NCBI GenBank assembly: GCA_963845535.1
Contig: CAWJSK010000012.1
Location: forward strand, 672,001-736,000
Direction: 5' to 3'
DNA length: 64,000 bases
From: an uncultured Spirochaetota bacterium
GTDB taxonomy: Bacteria > Spirochaetota > Spirochaetia > SZUA-6 > Fen-1364
Both the position numbers and the translations under genes were made by a program. Positions 9,791 through 19,647 of this stretch are shown one piece after another (position 1 is the stretch's first letter; each line of letters begins with the position of its first letter). The notes beneath the pieces are model-generated. The model had not been told where the DNA came from and did no database searches. It saw only the letters and a list, made by a program, of their open reading frames with translations.

Positions 9791-11182
9791 ATGAAAAAAA
9801 ACACGACCGAGATCACTCTCGGGCACATGTTCGCCATCGCCGCGCCCATGGTGGTATCCCAAGCTTCAGAAACCCTCATGCTGTTTTTCAACCGCTGGGT
9901 CGTCTCTTTCCTGGGAGCGGACCACATCCCGGCCTCCATGAGCGGCGGGCTCACCTCATTCGTCTTCACCTCGTTCTTTACGGGAATCACCGGCTACGTA
10001 AACGCGCTGGTGGCGCAGTACCACGGAGCCCAGCGGGAGGAGCGCTGCGTGCAGGTTGCCTCGCAGGGCTTCTGGCTCACCCTTGTCTTCTATCCCTTGC
10101 TTCTCCTCCTCATCCCGGCCGGGCACGGGCTTTTCATCTGGGCCGGGCACAGCCCCCGGCAGCTTTCCCTGGAGTTTTCCTACTACCGCATCCTCATGCT
10201 GGGGTCGTTCATCTTCATGATCCAGAGCGTTCTGGTGGGCTACTTCGTGGGCCTGGGGAAAACCCGGGTCGTGATGGTGGCCAATCTGCTGGGGATCCTG
10301 GTGAACCTCCCTCTCAACTGGTGCCTCGTATTCGGCAAGTTGGGGTTCCCAAAGCTGGGGATCCAGGGTGCGGCGCTCGGAACGCTCGGGGGGTCGCTGT
10401 TCATTGTCGGCATCCTGCTGGTCTCCTACCTGCGAAGCGCGGGCTACCGTCAGCGGACCAGAAAGACGTCCGCCTGGGTCCCGCGCGCCGACCTCTTGAG
10501 AAAGCTCCTGAGATACGGTCTTCCCGCGGGAGCCGAGACCTTCATCAACGTCTTCGCTTTCAACGTGTTCGTGATGCTCATGCAATCCTACAGCGAGCAG
10601 GTGGCCGCCGCGGTCACCATCACGTTCAACTACGACCTGGTCTCCTTCATCCCCATGCTGGGTGTGGGCGCGGCCACGACCGCCCTGGTGGGACATCGAA
10701 TGGGAGCCGGTGATCCCGTGGGCGCCCGTAAAGTGGCTTTCCTGGGCCTGAGGCTCGGTTGGGGATACGCGGCGTTCATTGGCATTGTGTTCGTGGTGGG
10801 AGCCCCGGTTCTTGTCCGGTTCTTCTCAGGAGGCTTCACGACGCAGGACCAGTCCATTCTGCCCATTGCCCAGATGCTGCTCAGGATGGCAGCTCTCTAC
10901 ACCATGGCGGATGCCGCCAACGTGGTTTTCAGCGGCGCCCTTCGCGGGGCGGGAGACACACGGTGGGTCATGATGGTCTCCGGCCTGCTTCACTGGACAA
11001 TGGCATGCGGCGCCTACGTATTCATCAAGGTCCTCGTGCTTCCACCGGAGGTCGTGTGGCTTTTCTTCATTCTCTTCGTTTTTTCCATGTGCTTCGCCAT
11101 GTTCCTGCGGCACCGGCGAGGGAAATGGATGAGCATCCGGCTGGTGGAAAGCCAGGCAGTCGGGGCCGTGGGACCGGCATGA
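9791..11182 (+). CDS. MATE family efflux transporter
   Basis: About 12 TM segments; PKLGIQGAALGT and GALRGAGDTR. Start could also be 9764. Confidence 0.92.
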   Translation: MKKNTTEITLGHMFAIAAPMVVSQASETLMLFFNRWVVSFLGADHIPASMSGGLTSFVFTSFFTGITGYVNALVAQYHGAQREERCVQVASQGFWLTLVFYPLLLLLIPAGHGLFIWAGHSPRQLSLEFSYYRILMLGSFIFMIQSVLVGYFVGLGKTRVVMVANLLGILVNLPLNWCLVFGKLGFPKLGIQGAALGTLGGSLFIVGILLVSYLRSAGYRQRTRKTSAWVPRADLLRKLLRYGLPAGAETFINVFAFNVFVMLMQSYSEQVAAAVTITFNYDLVSFIPMLGVGAATTALVGHRMGAGDPVGARKVAFLGLRLGWGYAAFIGIVFVVGAPVLVRFFSGGFTTQDQSILPIAQMLLRMAALYTMADAANVVFSGALRGAGDTRWVMMVSGLLHWTMACGAYVFIKVLVLPPEVVWLFFILFVFSMCFAMFLRHRRGKWMSIRLVESQAVGAVGPA

Positions 11183-11189
11183 CGGACGC

Positions 11190-12218
11190 ATGAAGATACC
11201 GGCATTCAAGACGGCGCCCGTGTTTCAGCCCCGTCCATGGGGCGGCCGGGCCATGGCCGAAAAGCTGGGCAAGACCATCCCCGATGGGCCCGTGGGAGAG
11301 TCCTGGGAAATCTCCGCGCACCCCAACGGCGTCTGCCGCGTGTCCGGCGGCCCGCTGGACGGAACTCCGCTGGATGAGCTTGTGCGCCGGGCCGGCGCGG
11401 ACCTCCTGGGAGCCCGGGCAGCAAAGAAGTATGGGGATAGTTTCCCCCTTCTTGTGAAGTTGGTGGATGCCAACGCGCTGGCCTCTGTGCAGGTCCATCC
11501 AAACGATGAACAGGCCAGGCGGCTGGAAAGCTACCCCTGGGGCAAGACGGAGGCGTGGTACATCATCCATCGCGCTCCAGACGCACGGTTTCACATTGGC
11601 CTGGCGCCGGATGTCACCCCCGCAACCTTCCGCGAAGCCCTCGAATCCGGCGGCGCAAGCCAGCTTCTGGCTTCCTCCGACGCGAAGCCGGGGGACTGCA
11701 TCCTGGTCCCTCCCGGCACGGTCCACGCCGTTGGACAGGGCGTCCTCTTCCTGGAGATCCAGCAGAGCTCGGACATCACCTATCGCGTGTACGACTGGGA
11801 CCGCAAGGACGAGCAGGGAAGGCCCCGTGAGCTTCACATCGACAAGGCAATGCAAGTCATCGACTTCGCCGCCCGGCCACGGATCTTCCGCGCTCCCCGG
11901 CGGGACGACACAATGGGGCGCATCCTGGGGGGCAACCAGTTCGAGGTCTTCGAAGCGCGAGTTGTCTCCGGCATGGACGTGCCTGCCCGCGCATCCTGCC
12001 TTGCGGGCACGGTGGTGGAGGGTGAGATGCGCCTCCTGGCCGCGGGCGCGCGCCTGGACCTTCGCTGCGGTGACAGCTTCATGATCCCCGCCGGCACCCA
12101 ATGCCGGCTCGAGCGCTCAACCAGGTTTTCGCGGACGCCGGTCCCCGGCCGCGCATCGCGCGGCATCGACTCACGCGGCGCGTCTCCCGCGGTTGTCGTC
12201 ATCACGTACATCGTCTGA
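11190..12218 (+). CDS. manA: Type I phosphomannose isomerase
   Basis: GESWEISAHP, FPLLVK, SVQVHP, GKTEAWY, GTVHA, EIQQSSDITYRVYDW. Confidence 0.85.
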   Translation: MKIPAFKTAPVFQPRPWGGRAMAEKLGKTIPDGPVGESWEISAHPNGVCRVSGGPLDGTPLDELVRRAGADLLGARAAKKYGDSFPLLVKLVDANALASVQVHPNDEQARRLESYPWGKTEAWYIIHRAPDARFHIGLAPDVTPATFREALESGGASQLLASSDAKPGDCILVPPGTVHAVGQGVLFLEIQQSSDITYRVYDWDRKDEQGRPRELHIDKAMQVIDFAARPRIFRAPRRDDTMGRILGGNQFEVFEARVVSGMDVPARASCLAGTVVEGEMRLLAAGARLDLRCGDSFMIPAGTQCRLERSTRFSRTPVPGRASRGIDSRGASPAVVVITYIV

Positions 12219-12286
12219 CCGCTGTCGGTATTTCTCACCGTGGTTTTCGCGCGCTTACCAGATTGGATGCCGCCCACGGGCCTCCA

Positions 12287-12799
12287 TCAGTACTTCTTGA
12301 GGGAGAATTGCGCAGGCGTCTCTCCTGACAGGCAAAAACCGCTGGACAGCATGAGAGAAACAAGGTTCGTGTTATCCTTGTACAACAGCTTTCCCTCCGG
12401 CGTCAGGATGCGATGGATCTCGTTCAGGACAGATTCCTTCCTTTCGATGTCATGAAGCGCATAGTAAAGAAGCACAACATCGACGGATTCCGCCTCCAGC
12501 CCCGTGTCGCAGTCCGAGTTGATCACGCGGACGTTGGCCAACCCCTGCCTGCGGGCTTCTCTTTCCACCGTTATGAGCGCCAGCGGGTGTACGTCCACGG
12601 CGTAGACGGCTCCCTGGCTGCCGACAATCTCCGCCGCAGGCAGCGTGTACCTCCCCGGCCCGCAGCCAAAATCAAGCAGCTTCATCCCTGGCCGAATCCC
12701 CGCTGCTTCCAGCTCCTGTCGGATCGAGTCGGAGCTGGACTTGAGCCTGTATTCCAGCGCCATCAGCTTGAACCATAAATCATTCATCTTCCTCTGCAT
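12287..12799 (-). CDS. Class I SAM-dependent methyltransferase
   Basis: LLDFGCGPG motif I; GGAGG RBS before ATG 12799. Confidence 0.85.
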   Translation of the reverse strand: MQRKMNDLWFKLMALEYRLKSSSDSIRQELEAAGIRPGMKLLDFGCGPGRYTLPAAEIVGSQGAVYAVDVHPLALITVEREARRQGLANVRVINSDCDTGLEAESVDVVLLYYALHDIERKESVLNEIHRILTPEGKLLYKDNTNLVSLMLSSGFCLSGETPAQFSLKKY

Positions 12800-12888
12800 T
12801 ACGTCCTCCGTTTGAGTGTTCGGAGAGCAGACGATGAGAAGGGCCAGATATTTCACGCCGAAGGTTTATGGACCGGCGCCGACCTTTC

Positions 12889-13971
12889 TCACCACAGCAG
12901 TGTCTCTTCCTCTACCGGAAGCCTCTCCGTCACCGGCAGGAGCTTCGCGAACGGCGCATGAGGCTCCGTCTGGTACCAGTACGCCGTGCTGGACCAGTCG
13001 TCAGAGCGGTGGTTTGCATGGCCATGCTCGATGGTCACGCGGATGGACTTCTCGAACATGACGGGGTCCTGGATGTGGTAGCGATAGTAGCTGATCTTGC
13101 CCTTCCAGTTGTCCCGTCCTCCGAGGATCAGGCCATGGTAGGGCGCACTGTACTCCTGCTGCGGGCACCAGCCCATGTTCACATAGTCTTCCGTTCCCGT
13201 CCCATGCAGTGACGGCGGCCAGCGCTCGCCGTCTATGAAGATCATGTCGTCCCCTTCACCCGGCCAGTCCCACTTCGCTGACTTCCTCAGGTTGTGGATG
13301 TTGATGTTGCATCCCACGTAGTGGCCGGCGCCTTTCGCCTCCAGGATGACATAGTTGCCTTCACCGGTGGTGTTCTGCCCTTCGAAGCTCCATTCCCTGT
13401 TGGGAACGCCTTCGTCCGGGATGCCTTTTGTCGGGCATTCCCTGTGCCACTGCGCGTGAAAGCGCAGGAGGTCGCCGGGCAGTTCGCTCCACCCTTCGTA
13501 GTCGATGTAATAGTAGAAGATAAGGAGCGTGTCACACTCGTTGGTGACCTGGAGTCGCGCGCCGGAGGCAAACGGCATGGGGAACCACGAATTGAACGCC
13601 TTTCCATCCTGGGGGCTCATCTGCAGCGGCGCTGAGACAAAGTTGCGGCACTGCGCGTGGCCCATTCCGAAAAAGTCTCCTATCGGTCCTTCCACGCTCG
13701 GGGATTGCTCCCCGTCCCAGTACATTCGAAGGATCACTTTGCGCAGGGAGTTTTTCTCCGGAACGAATCCTTCGTTCATGAATGAGCACCAGATGTGAGT
13801 TATGCAGCCCGCTCCCGCGATGTCTGCTATCGTTGCCGTATCCCCGGGCTTCACGTATATGCGGTCGTCGTTCCCGCCCTTCCTGTCGTAGCTGGAAATC
13901 CTCAAGCGCCTCCCGGACCTGCGCCACGCAAGCGTTTCAAGAGAGGAAACAATGGGAACCATCACGGCCAT
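12889..13971 (-). CDS. Glycoside hydrolase family 172 (DUF2961)
   Basis: SSYDRKGGNDD, LRMYWDGE..PSVE, WPGEGDDMIFIDGE, HGTGTEDY, IEHGHAN. Confidence 0.9.
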   Translation of the reverse strand: MAVMVPIVSSLETLAWRRSGRRLRISSYDRKGGNDDRIYVKPGDTATIADIAGAGCITHIWCSFMNEGFVPEKNSLRKVILRMYWDGEQSPSVEGPIGDFFGMGHAQCRNFVSAPLQMSPQDGKAFNSWFPMPFASGARLQVTNECDTLLIFYYYIDYEGWSELPGDLLRFHAQWHRECPTKGIPDEGVPNREWSFEGQNTTGEGNYVILEAKGAGHYVGCNINIHNLRKSAKWDWPGEGDDMIFIDGERWPPSLHGTGTEDYVNMGWCPQQEYSAPYHGLILGGRDNWKGKISYYRYHIQDPVMFEKSIRVTIEHGHANHRSDDWSSTAYWYQTEPHAPFAKLLPVTERLPVEEETLLW

Positions 13972-13983
13972 ACCGCCACCTCC

Positions 13984-16137
13984 TCAACGAGATTCCAGGG
14001 GCTCCACGCGAACCTCGTTCGCGGATATGCATCCCTGGGTGCACACCAGGGCAATGCCCCCGGCATCCAGAGGCTCGTCATCATCCACGACGTCAAAGAT
14101 GACTTTCTCATCGATGCGTGCCGTGATCCTGGCTCCCTGGACGTCAATAGAAAAGCTGCGCCCCACCCCTTCTTTCCATTCACAGGGCGCAGTGCCAAGG
14201 ACGCGCGTCCCGCGAAACACTTTGCGAAGCTCAGTCTTCCCGGCGGAGGTCACAACGAGCGCGTAGTAGCGCTGGAGCCCCTGCACGCGGACGGCAAGGC
14301 CAATATCCACGGCCATGTCCGACGCTATCACGGATGATACCCGGTAATCCCTCCAGTCATGCGCGCCGGTGATGTGCAGGCCAGTCCCGTGGTCCTGGGA
14401 AAGACGGAAAGCTTCCGGCCAGATCACGCCGTGGTGATCGAACGCATTCACCCAGGCGCGCCTCCAAAGCTCTCCGCCCCCGATGGGCTTCTTGAACGCT
14501 GCTCGCGGAGTGCCGGTCCAGCCCAGATAGTCGATGTAGACGATGCCGCCCTGGCCTGCGTCCCGGCTTGCGTCCCGGCCTGCGCCGAGGCCCGCTCCCA
14601 GCCCGGCCGCGGGAGTCAGCTCGATGCCCGCGGCGAATATTGGCTGCCCCTCGGTGTCGGGCAGGGTCCAGCGGATCACGGCGGACCCACCCGGCTGGAC
14701 AACCTGGGCAGGGGATGAGATCCGCTGCTGCGCGTCTTTCGGTCCGTACAGCTTTGCAATCGCGCTCACCGACACGGGAGCGGTGCTGCCTTTGTCTGCT
14801 TCGACTCTCACGGACATGATCTGCCCGGAGTAGAGAAGGGGGGAAGCGAGAAGTTGGTATTCTTTCATCACCAGGGCATCCGGCGGGATGAAAACAGGTG
14901 TCGTGACCCGAAGCCCCTGTTCCAGACGGTCGAACCGAACGGCCAGGCTGCGCGTGCCTTCCCGGCTGTGCCCTTCCACGTTCTGGATGCGCGCCACGGC
15001 GCCGTCATCGATTGTGAACCCCTGCACGGATCCCGGCAGCTCGAAATGAAACCGCGCCCCGCCTTTGGGAGCGGGCGCTGGTCCCTCTCCGGCCAGGGAC
15101 CGCCCGATTGCCACAATGTGGCTGGTCTCCGTGACGGCATCCGTGATGGCGCGGCCGCCATCCGCCGTGGGCATGAACATTCTGTCTGCAACGGGACCGC
15201 GCCATTCCTGCTGGCCCTCGAAAACGGAAAGCCCGTTCTTGATTCCAAGCAGGCAGCCCACATTGCCTGAATTGCAGTCCGTGTCCCAGCCCGACGTGTT
15301 GGCAATCATGAGGGATTTCTGCAGGTCCCCCTCTCCGAGCACCAGCGCCATGAGCACGACGGCGAAGTTCGACACAACGGGAACGTGACCGCCGTAGCGG
15401 GCATACCCGTGCTTCTCCTCGATCAGCGCCCGCGTTGTGCGCCACTCCGTGTCGCGCGCGCACCATTCGCGCACCTCGGCGGTCAGGCGCGTGATGGTGG
15501 AGTCCGCCGGGATCAGGCGCAGCGCGGAATCAATGAGACGGTTCATGTCACTCTCGGTGAAAGCCGCGGCCTCCATGGCGGCAATGACCTGCGCCGCGTA
15601 AACCGCCTCTCCATCATGGCTGACGCGCGCGGCTTCTCCAGCCAGTCGGGCCGCAAGCTCAGGATCTCCCGGGGAAACGAGCGCCCACCCGTCCGCGAAT
15701 ATCTCTGCCCCGATCTGCTCGGAGACGATCCTCCCGTTCAGCTCCCGTGATCCGCTTCGAGGCGCCTGGACGCCGTCCTTGAGGCGGAGGAACGCGGTGT
15801 GCTCCGTGGATTCGCCCATCCCCCCCCACCAGAGGATTGTTTTTCCTTCAATGATGTAGTTGAGCCAGGCCTGGCCGATCTCCCGCGCGGACAGGTCAGG
15901 GCGGTTTGCGTTGTCCGGGAGCGCGCGAAGGAACGTGAATGTCCCCGTTATGTCGTCATCCGTGACCACGAGGGGCTGCCCGAGCCTGTCATGCACGTAG
16001 CCGGTGATATCCCCCAGCTCCCGCGTGATGCGTTGATGGCTCCAACCCTCGAATGGCCGGCCAAGGTACACGCCGATGATCTTTCCCAGAACACCCGCGT
16101 ACACGCGCTCCCGATAATCGTCAGGCAGCTTCATCAC
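13984..16137 (-). CDS. ADP-ribosylglycohydrolase family protein with C-terminal beta-sandwich domains
   Basis: GKIIGVYLGRPFEG, VTDDD, SHDGEAVY, GWDTDCN. Confidence 0.88.
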   Translation of the reverse strand: MMKLPDDYRERVYAGVLGKIIGVYLGRPFEGWSHQRITRELGDITGYVHDRLGQPLVVTDDDITGTFTFLRALPDNANRPDLSAREIGQAWLNYIIEGKTILWWGGMGESTEHTAFLRLKDGVQAPRSGSRELNGRIVSEQIGAEIFADGWALVSPGDPELAARLAGEAARVSHDGEAVYAAQVIAAMEAAAFTESDMNRLIDSALRLIPADSTITRLTAEVREWCARDTEWRTTRALIEEKHGYARYGGHVPVVSNFAVVLMALVLGEGDLQKSLMIANTSGWDTDCNSGNVGCLLGIKNGLSVFEGQQEWRGPVADRMFMPTADGGRAITDAVTETSHIVAIGRSLAGEGPAPAPKGGARFHFELPGSVQGFTIDDGAVARIQNVEGHSREGTRSLAVRFDRLEQGLRVTTPVFIPPDALVMKEYQLLASPLLYSGQIMSVRVEADKGSTAPVSVSAIAKLYGPKDAQQRISSPAQVVQPGGSAVIRWTLPDTEGQPIFAAGIELTPAAGLGAGLGAGRDASRDAGQGGIVYIDYLGWTGTPRAAFKKPIGGGELWRRAWVNAFDHHGVIWPEAFRLSQDHGTGLHITGAHDWRDYRVSSVIASDMAVDIGLAVRVQGLQRYYALVVTSAGKTELRKVFRGTRVLGTAPCEWKEGVGRSFSIDVQGARITARIDEKVIFDVVDDDEPLDAGGIALVCTQGCISANEVRVEPLESR

Positions 16138-16220
16138 AGGCCTCCCCGCGCGCCGGGGACTGTACCACGGCCACAGCCTCTTGCGCGAGCGCCTGAACTG
16201 AGATTACACTTTTCTCCCCC

Positions 16221-18035
16221 ATGAGGGCCATGCTGCAAATGCTGTTGAGCTTACGCCCTGCATTCAGGAACATCCCTATCAAAAGAAAGCTCGTCATCAC
16301 TTTTGCGGTCTTCTTCATGATCCCTTTTCTGCTCAGCAGCCTCGTGTTCTACGTCATCTCCACGGGTGACATCACGCGCCGGGAGTACGATCGTTCCCGA
16401 GAGACGCTGAAGCTGTTCCAGAACAGCGTGGAGGCGCAACTGCGGGAGAGCGCTGACCACAGCGAGGAGATCTACAACGACCCGCGGATCTTCGCGCCCA
16501 TGGGTGAGAAAGTCCCCGATAGGTTCGATGATTTCCAGCTCTTCCAGATGCAGCAAGCCTTGCAGAGCTTCCGCGCCAATCAGAACCATCTGGAGTCGGC
16601 GTACCTCTTTTTCCCCAACGGGCAGTACGTCTTTGCCGACACCTCGGGCGGCGGCCGGTTTGCCGGTATTTTCCTGCAGCATCCGGAGTGGAAAGACGCC
16701 ATCCGGGCCCTGGATGGCCAGGCATACTGGATAGCGAGCCTCACCCTCCCGAGCCTCCATGACCCGCCGGAGCCCATCTACTTCGTGTCATTCGGCAGGG
16801 TGTTGAGAGACATCTATTCCAGCACCTTCTTCACCGCGGGAATCCTGGTGGTGAACCTCAAGTCCCAGGTTTTCGATGACATCGGAAAATCCAATGAGCT
16901 GAGCGGCAACGGCCTCGTCATCGTCACCGACAGGGAAGACAACCTTGTCTGGTGCGCCAACCGGGAATGGTACCAGAACGTGGCGGGCGCATACGGGCTC
17001 CTCCCGCGGCTGGAAGCGCGCGGGGACGACACGCTTCGAAAAGAAAACATCCAGGGAAAGACGTATTTCGCCGTCTATATCACGTCCACGTACAACCACT
17101 GGCACTATGTTGCGCTGATCCCGGAGTCGGACATCCTGAGCCAGGCCCGGGGGCTGCGCGGCTACTTCGCCGCGATCCTCGTGCTGTGCCTTGTCCTTTC
17201 CGCGCTGGGCGCGGCCGTCATCAACCGGTACGTGACCGGGCCCATCGAGCGGCTCATCGTCTCCATGAACCAGATGGGACGTGACCCCGCGCCCCGCTCG
17301 CGCCCGCCGGAGTCGGAGGACGAGATCGGCTTCCTCTCCAAGAGCTTCAACGCGATGTCCGCGCGCATTGCCAACCTCCTGCGGGAAACCGAAAACGCGC
17401 ACCAGCGGGAAAAGGAGCACGAGATCCGCGCCCTTCAGGCGCAGATCGACCCGCACTTCCTCTCGAACACGCTGGACACCATCAACTGGATTGCCCGGGA
17501 AAGGAGCGAGCAGAAGATCAGCAGGATGCTGACAGCCCTGTCGCGTATACTGCAATATTCGATCTCTGACGGCCGGCCGGTGACCTGGCGGGATGAAATA
17601 CAGTGGCTCACGAATTACGTGTTCCTTCAGCAGACGCGCTACGAAAGCAGGCTCGAGGTCCGCTATGACATCGATCCGCGGGTCCTCGACCTCGCCACCA
17701 TCCACCTTCTCCTCCAGCCTTTCGTCGAAAACGCCATTGAGCATGGCTTCCGGGCGCGCCAGGGGGAGGGCACCATCGTCATCCGCGGAGCTCTCGAGAA
17801 CGGGTGCGTCAGCATGGAGATTTCAGACAACGGGTGCGGAATAACCGAGGCGAAAATCGACGAGATTTTCAGCGGCAAGCTGAAAGACAACGGGGGGCCG
17901 GAGGGGATCGGGATATTCAACGTCCATGAAAGGATCCGCCTGCGGTACGGTCCTCCCTTCGGCGTAACCCTGACGCAACGGCCGCAGGGAGGGACTCTCG
18001 TGCGCATCTCCTTTCCGGCCATTGGGAAGGAGTAA
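16221..18035 (+). CDS. YesM/LytS-type sensor histidine kinase (Cache-HAMP)
   Basis: Two TM segments, HAMP (DEIGFLSKSFNAM), LQAQIDPHFLSNTL, QPFVENAIEHG, DNGCG. Confidence 0.92.
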   Translation: MRAMLQMLLSLRPAFRNIPIKRKLVITFAVFFMIPFLLSSLVFYVISTGDITRREYDRSRETLKLFQNSVEAQLRESADHSEEIYNDPRIFAPMGEKVPDRFDDFQLFQMQQALQSFRANQNHLESAYLFFPNGQYVFADTSGGGRFAGIFLQHPEWKDAIRALDGQAYWIASLTLPSLHDPPEPIYFVSFGRVLRDIYSSTFFTAGILVVNLKSQVFDDIGKSNELSGNGLVIVTDREDNLVWCANREWYQNVAGAYGLLPRLEARGDDTLRKENIQGKTYFAVYITSTYNHWHYVALIPESDILSQARGLRGYFAAILVLCLVLSALGAAVINRYVTGPIERLIVSMNQMGRDPAPRSRPPESEDEIGFLSKSFNAMSARIANLLRETENAHQREKEHEIRALQAQIDPHFLSNTLDTINWIARERSEQKISRMLTALSRILQYSISDGRPVTWRDEIQWLTNYVFLQQTRYESRLEVRYDIDPRVLDLATIHLLLQPFVENAIEHGFRARQGEGTIVIRGALENGCVSMEISDNGCGITEAKIDEIFSGKLKDNGGPEGIGIFNVHERIRLRYGPPFGVTLTQRPQGGTLVRISFPAIGKE

Positions 18036-19555
18036 TGGGATACACGATCTCGATTGTGGATGATGAGCCGCGGGTGCGAAAAGGGCTTTCAAAGCTCATC
18101 AGCTCGCGAGGAGAGGCCTGGAGCGCGTGCAGGCTTTTCTCCAGCGGCAACGCCGCGCTGGAAGCCGCCCGCGCGGAGCGCGTTGACGTGATCCTGGCTG
18201 ACATCCGGATGCCGGGCCTGGACGGTCTGGAGCTTGCGTACGCCCTGCGCACCGCGTCGCCTGACACTGTGGTTGTGATCATGAGCGGCTACAAGGAGTT
18301 CGACTACGCGCGGCGCGCCATGAAGGTCGGCGTGCTCGACTTCATTGTGAAGCCGATCGAGGAAGAGGAGCTGTTCGCGGTCCTTGATCGCGCCCGGGCG
18401 GAAGTGGAGCGCCGCAAGTCTGACCGCCTGAGGGCCGCGTCGGCCGGTGATCTGGATGCTCTCAAGGACGCGCTTCTCACGGAGGCGCTGAGCTCCGCGT
18501 CCGCTGCCGAAGCAGGGGCGCGGCTTTGTGACCTGCTCGACATTCACCTGGGGACATTCGTCATTCTCAGCGCGCAGATCCTCCCGCCCACTTCAGAGGA
18601 CGGCCCTCCGCTGCCGTCCCGTGCCGCCATGGAGTCCGCCCTGAGACGTGAGGCGCACCTTTTCTCCGTCCACGAGCAGTTTGTCGCGCTGGTCCCGGGA
18701 AGCTTGCCACAGGCGGGGGAGATTGCTTTGCGGCTCTCTGCTCTCCTGGGAACCCGGGGCAGGATCGGGGTGAGCCTGGAGAACGACGGCCACGCAAGGA
18801 TCAGCGCCGCTTTCGAGCAAAGCATGTTGGCCTTGCGGCCAGGCTACTATGACCGAGGGAAGGCGCTTGCTTTCTATGAGCCCTGGACCGCCCGCCCCCT
18901 GCCGTATTCAACGCCCGCGCAGGACAAGCTCGTGGCCTGCCTGGTAACCGGAAACCGGGATACCGCGGAGACGTGCGCCAGGGATTTCCTGGCTCCCCTG
19001 CGCCAGGCTCAGATACCCCTCCAGCTCCTGGAAGAGCACGTCGGAGCCGTGATCAGGCATGTCCTGGAGGTTCTCTCTTCGGTCCTGCCGGACCATGAGG
19101 AGGCGCAGAAAATCGCGCTGTCCGTCACATCCATCCTCAAGCACGGATGGTTCGACGCGCTGGAGGCGCGCTTTGTTGAGGTCATGGTGGCGCTCGCCGC
19201 CAGGGTCGAGCAGGCCAACCAGTACAGGCTCGGCAGGGCGGTGCGGCGGGCGGTACGTTTCATCGAGGAGAACTACGGGCGCGACCTTCCCCTTGAAGAG
19301 GTTGCCAAAAGCGTGGGCCTGAGCCCCAGCTACTTTTCCTCCTCGTTCAAACGGGAGACCGGGAAGAACGTCGTGGAATACATCACCGAGTACCGGGTGG
19401 AAAAAGCAATCGAGCTTCTGTGCGCGACAAATCTCAACACCTCCGAGGTGGCGTATCGGGTGGGGTTCAACGACCCGAAATATTTCACGCGCATCTTCAA
19501 ACGGAGCGTCGGCGTGACACCGTCCTTGTACAGGAGGTATTCGCAGGAAAAGTAA
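18035..19555 (+). CDS. YesN-type response regulator (receiver + AraC HTH)
   Basis: IVDDEP, DIRMPGLDG; LSPSYFSSSFKRETG, GFNDPKYFTRIFK. Confidence 0.93.
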   Translation: MGYTISIVDDEPRVRKGLSKLISSRGEAWSACRLFSSGNAALEAARAERVDVILADIRMPGLDGLELAYALRTASPDTVVVIMSGYKEFDYARRAMKVGVLDFIVKPIEEEELFAVLDRARAEVERRKSDRLRAASAGDLDALKDALLTEALSSASAAEAGARLCDLLDIHLGTFVILSAQILPPTSEDGPPLPSRAAMESALRREAHLFSVHEQFVALVPGSLPQAGEIALRLSALLGTRGRIGVSLENDGHARISAAFEQSMLALRPGYYDRGKALAFYEPWTARPLPYSTPAQDKLVACLVTGNRDTAETCARDFLAPLRQAQIPLQLLEEHVGAVIRHVLEVLSSVLPDHEEAQKIALSVTSILKHGWFDALEARFVEVMVALAARVEQANQYRLGRAVRRAVRFIEENYGRDLPLEEVAKSVGLSPSYFSSSFKRETGKNVVEYITEYRVEKAIELLCATNLNTSEVAYRVGFNDPKYFTRIFKRSVGVTPSLYRRYSQEK

Positions 19556-19647
19556 AATACTCCACCAATTGAAAAGAAATTCGTGTTTCTTTTGCCGACG
19601 CGGAGTGAGAGGATCAACGCAGATCAATCACGCGAGAGGAGGAAAGA

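Noticed and set aside
14560..14612. Short tandem duplications (GLGAGLGA, RDASRDA) in the ARH gene
   Set aside because: In-frame loop expansion with no evidence of function.
19554..19593. YesN binding site or AAAAGAAA/TTTCTTTT dyad before the SBP gene
   Set aside because: Low-complexity A/T sequence; a motif cannot be defined from one instance.
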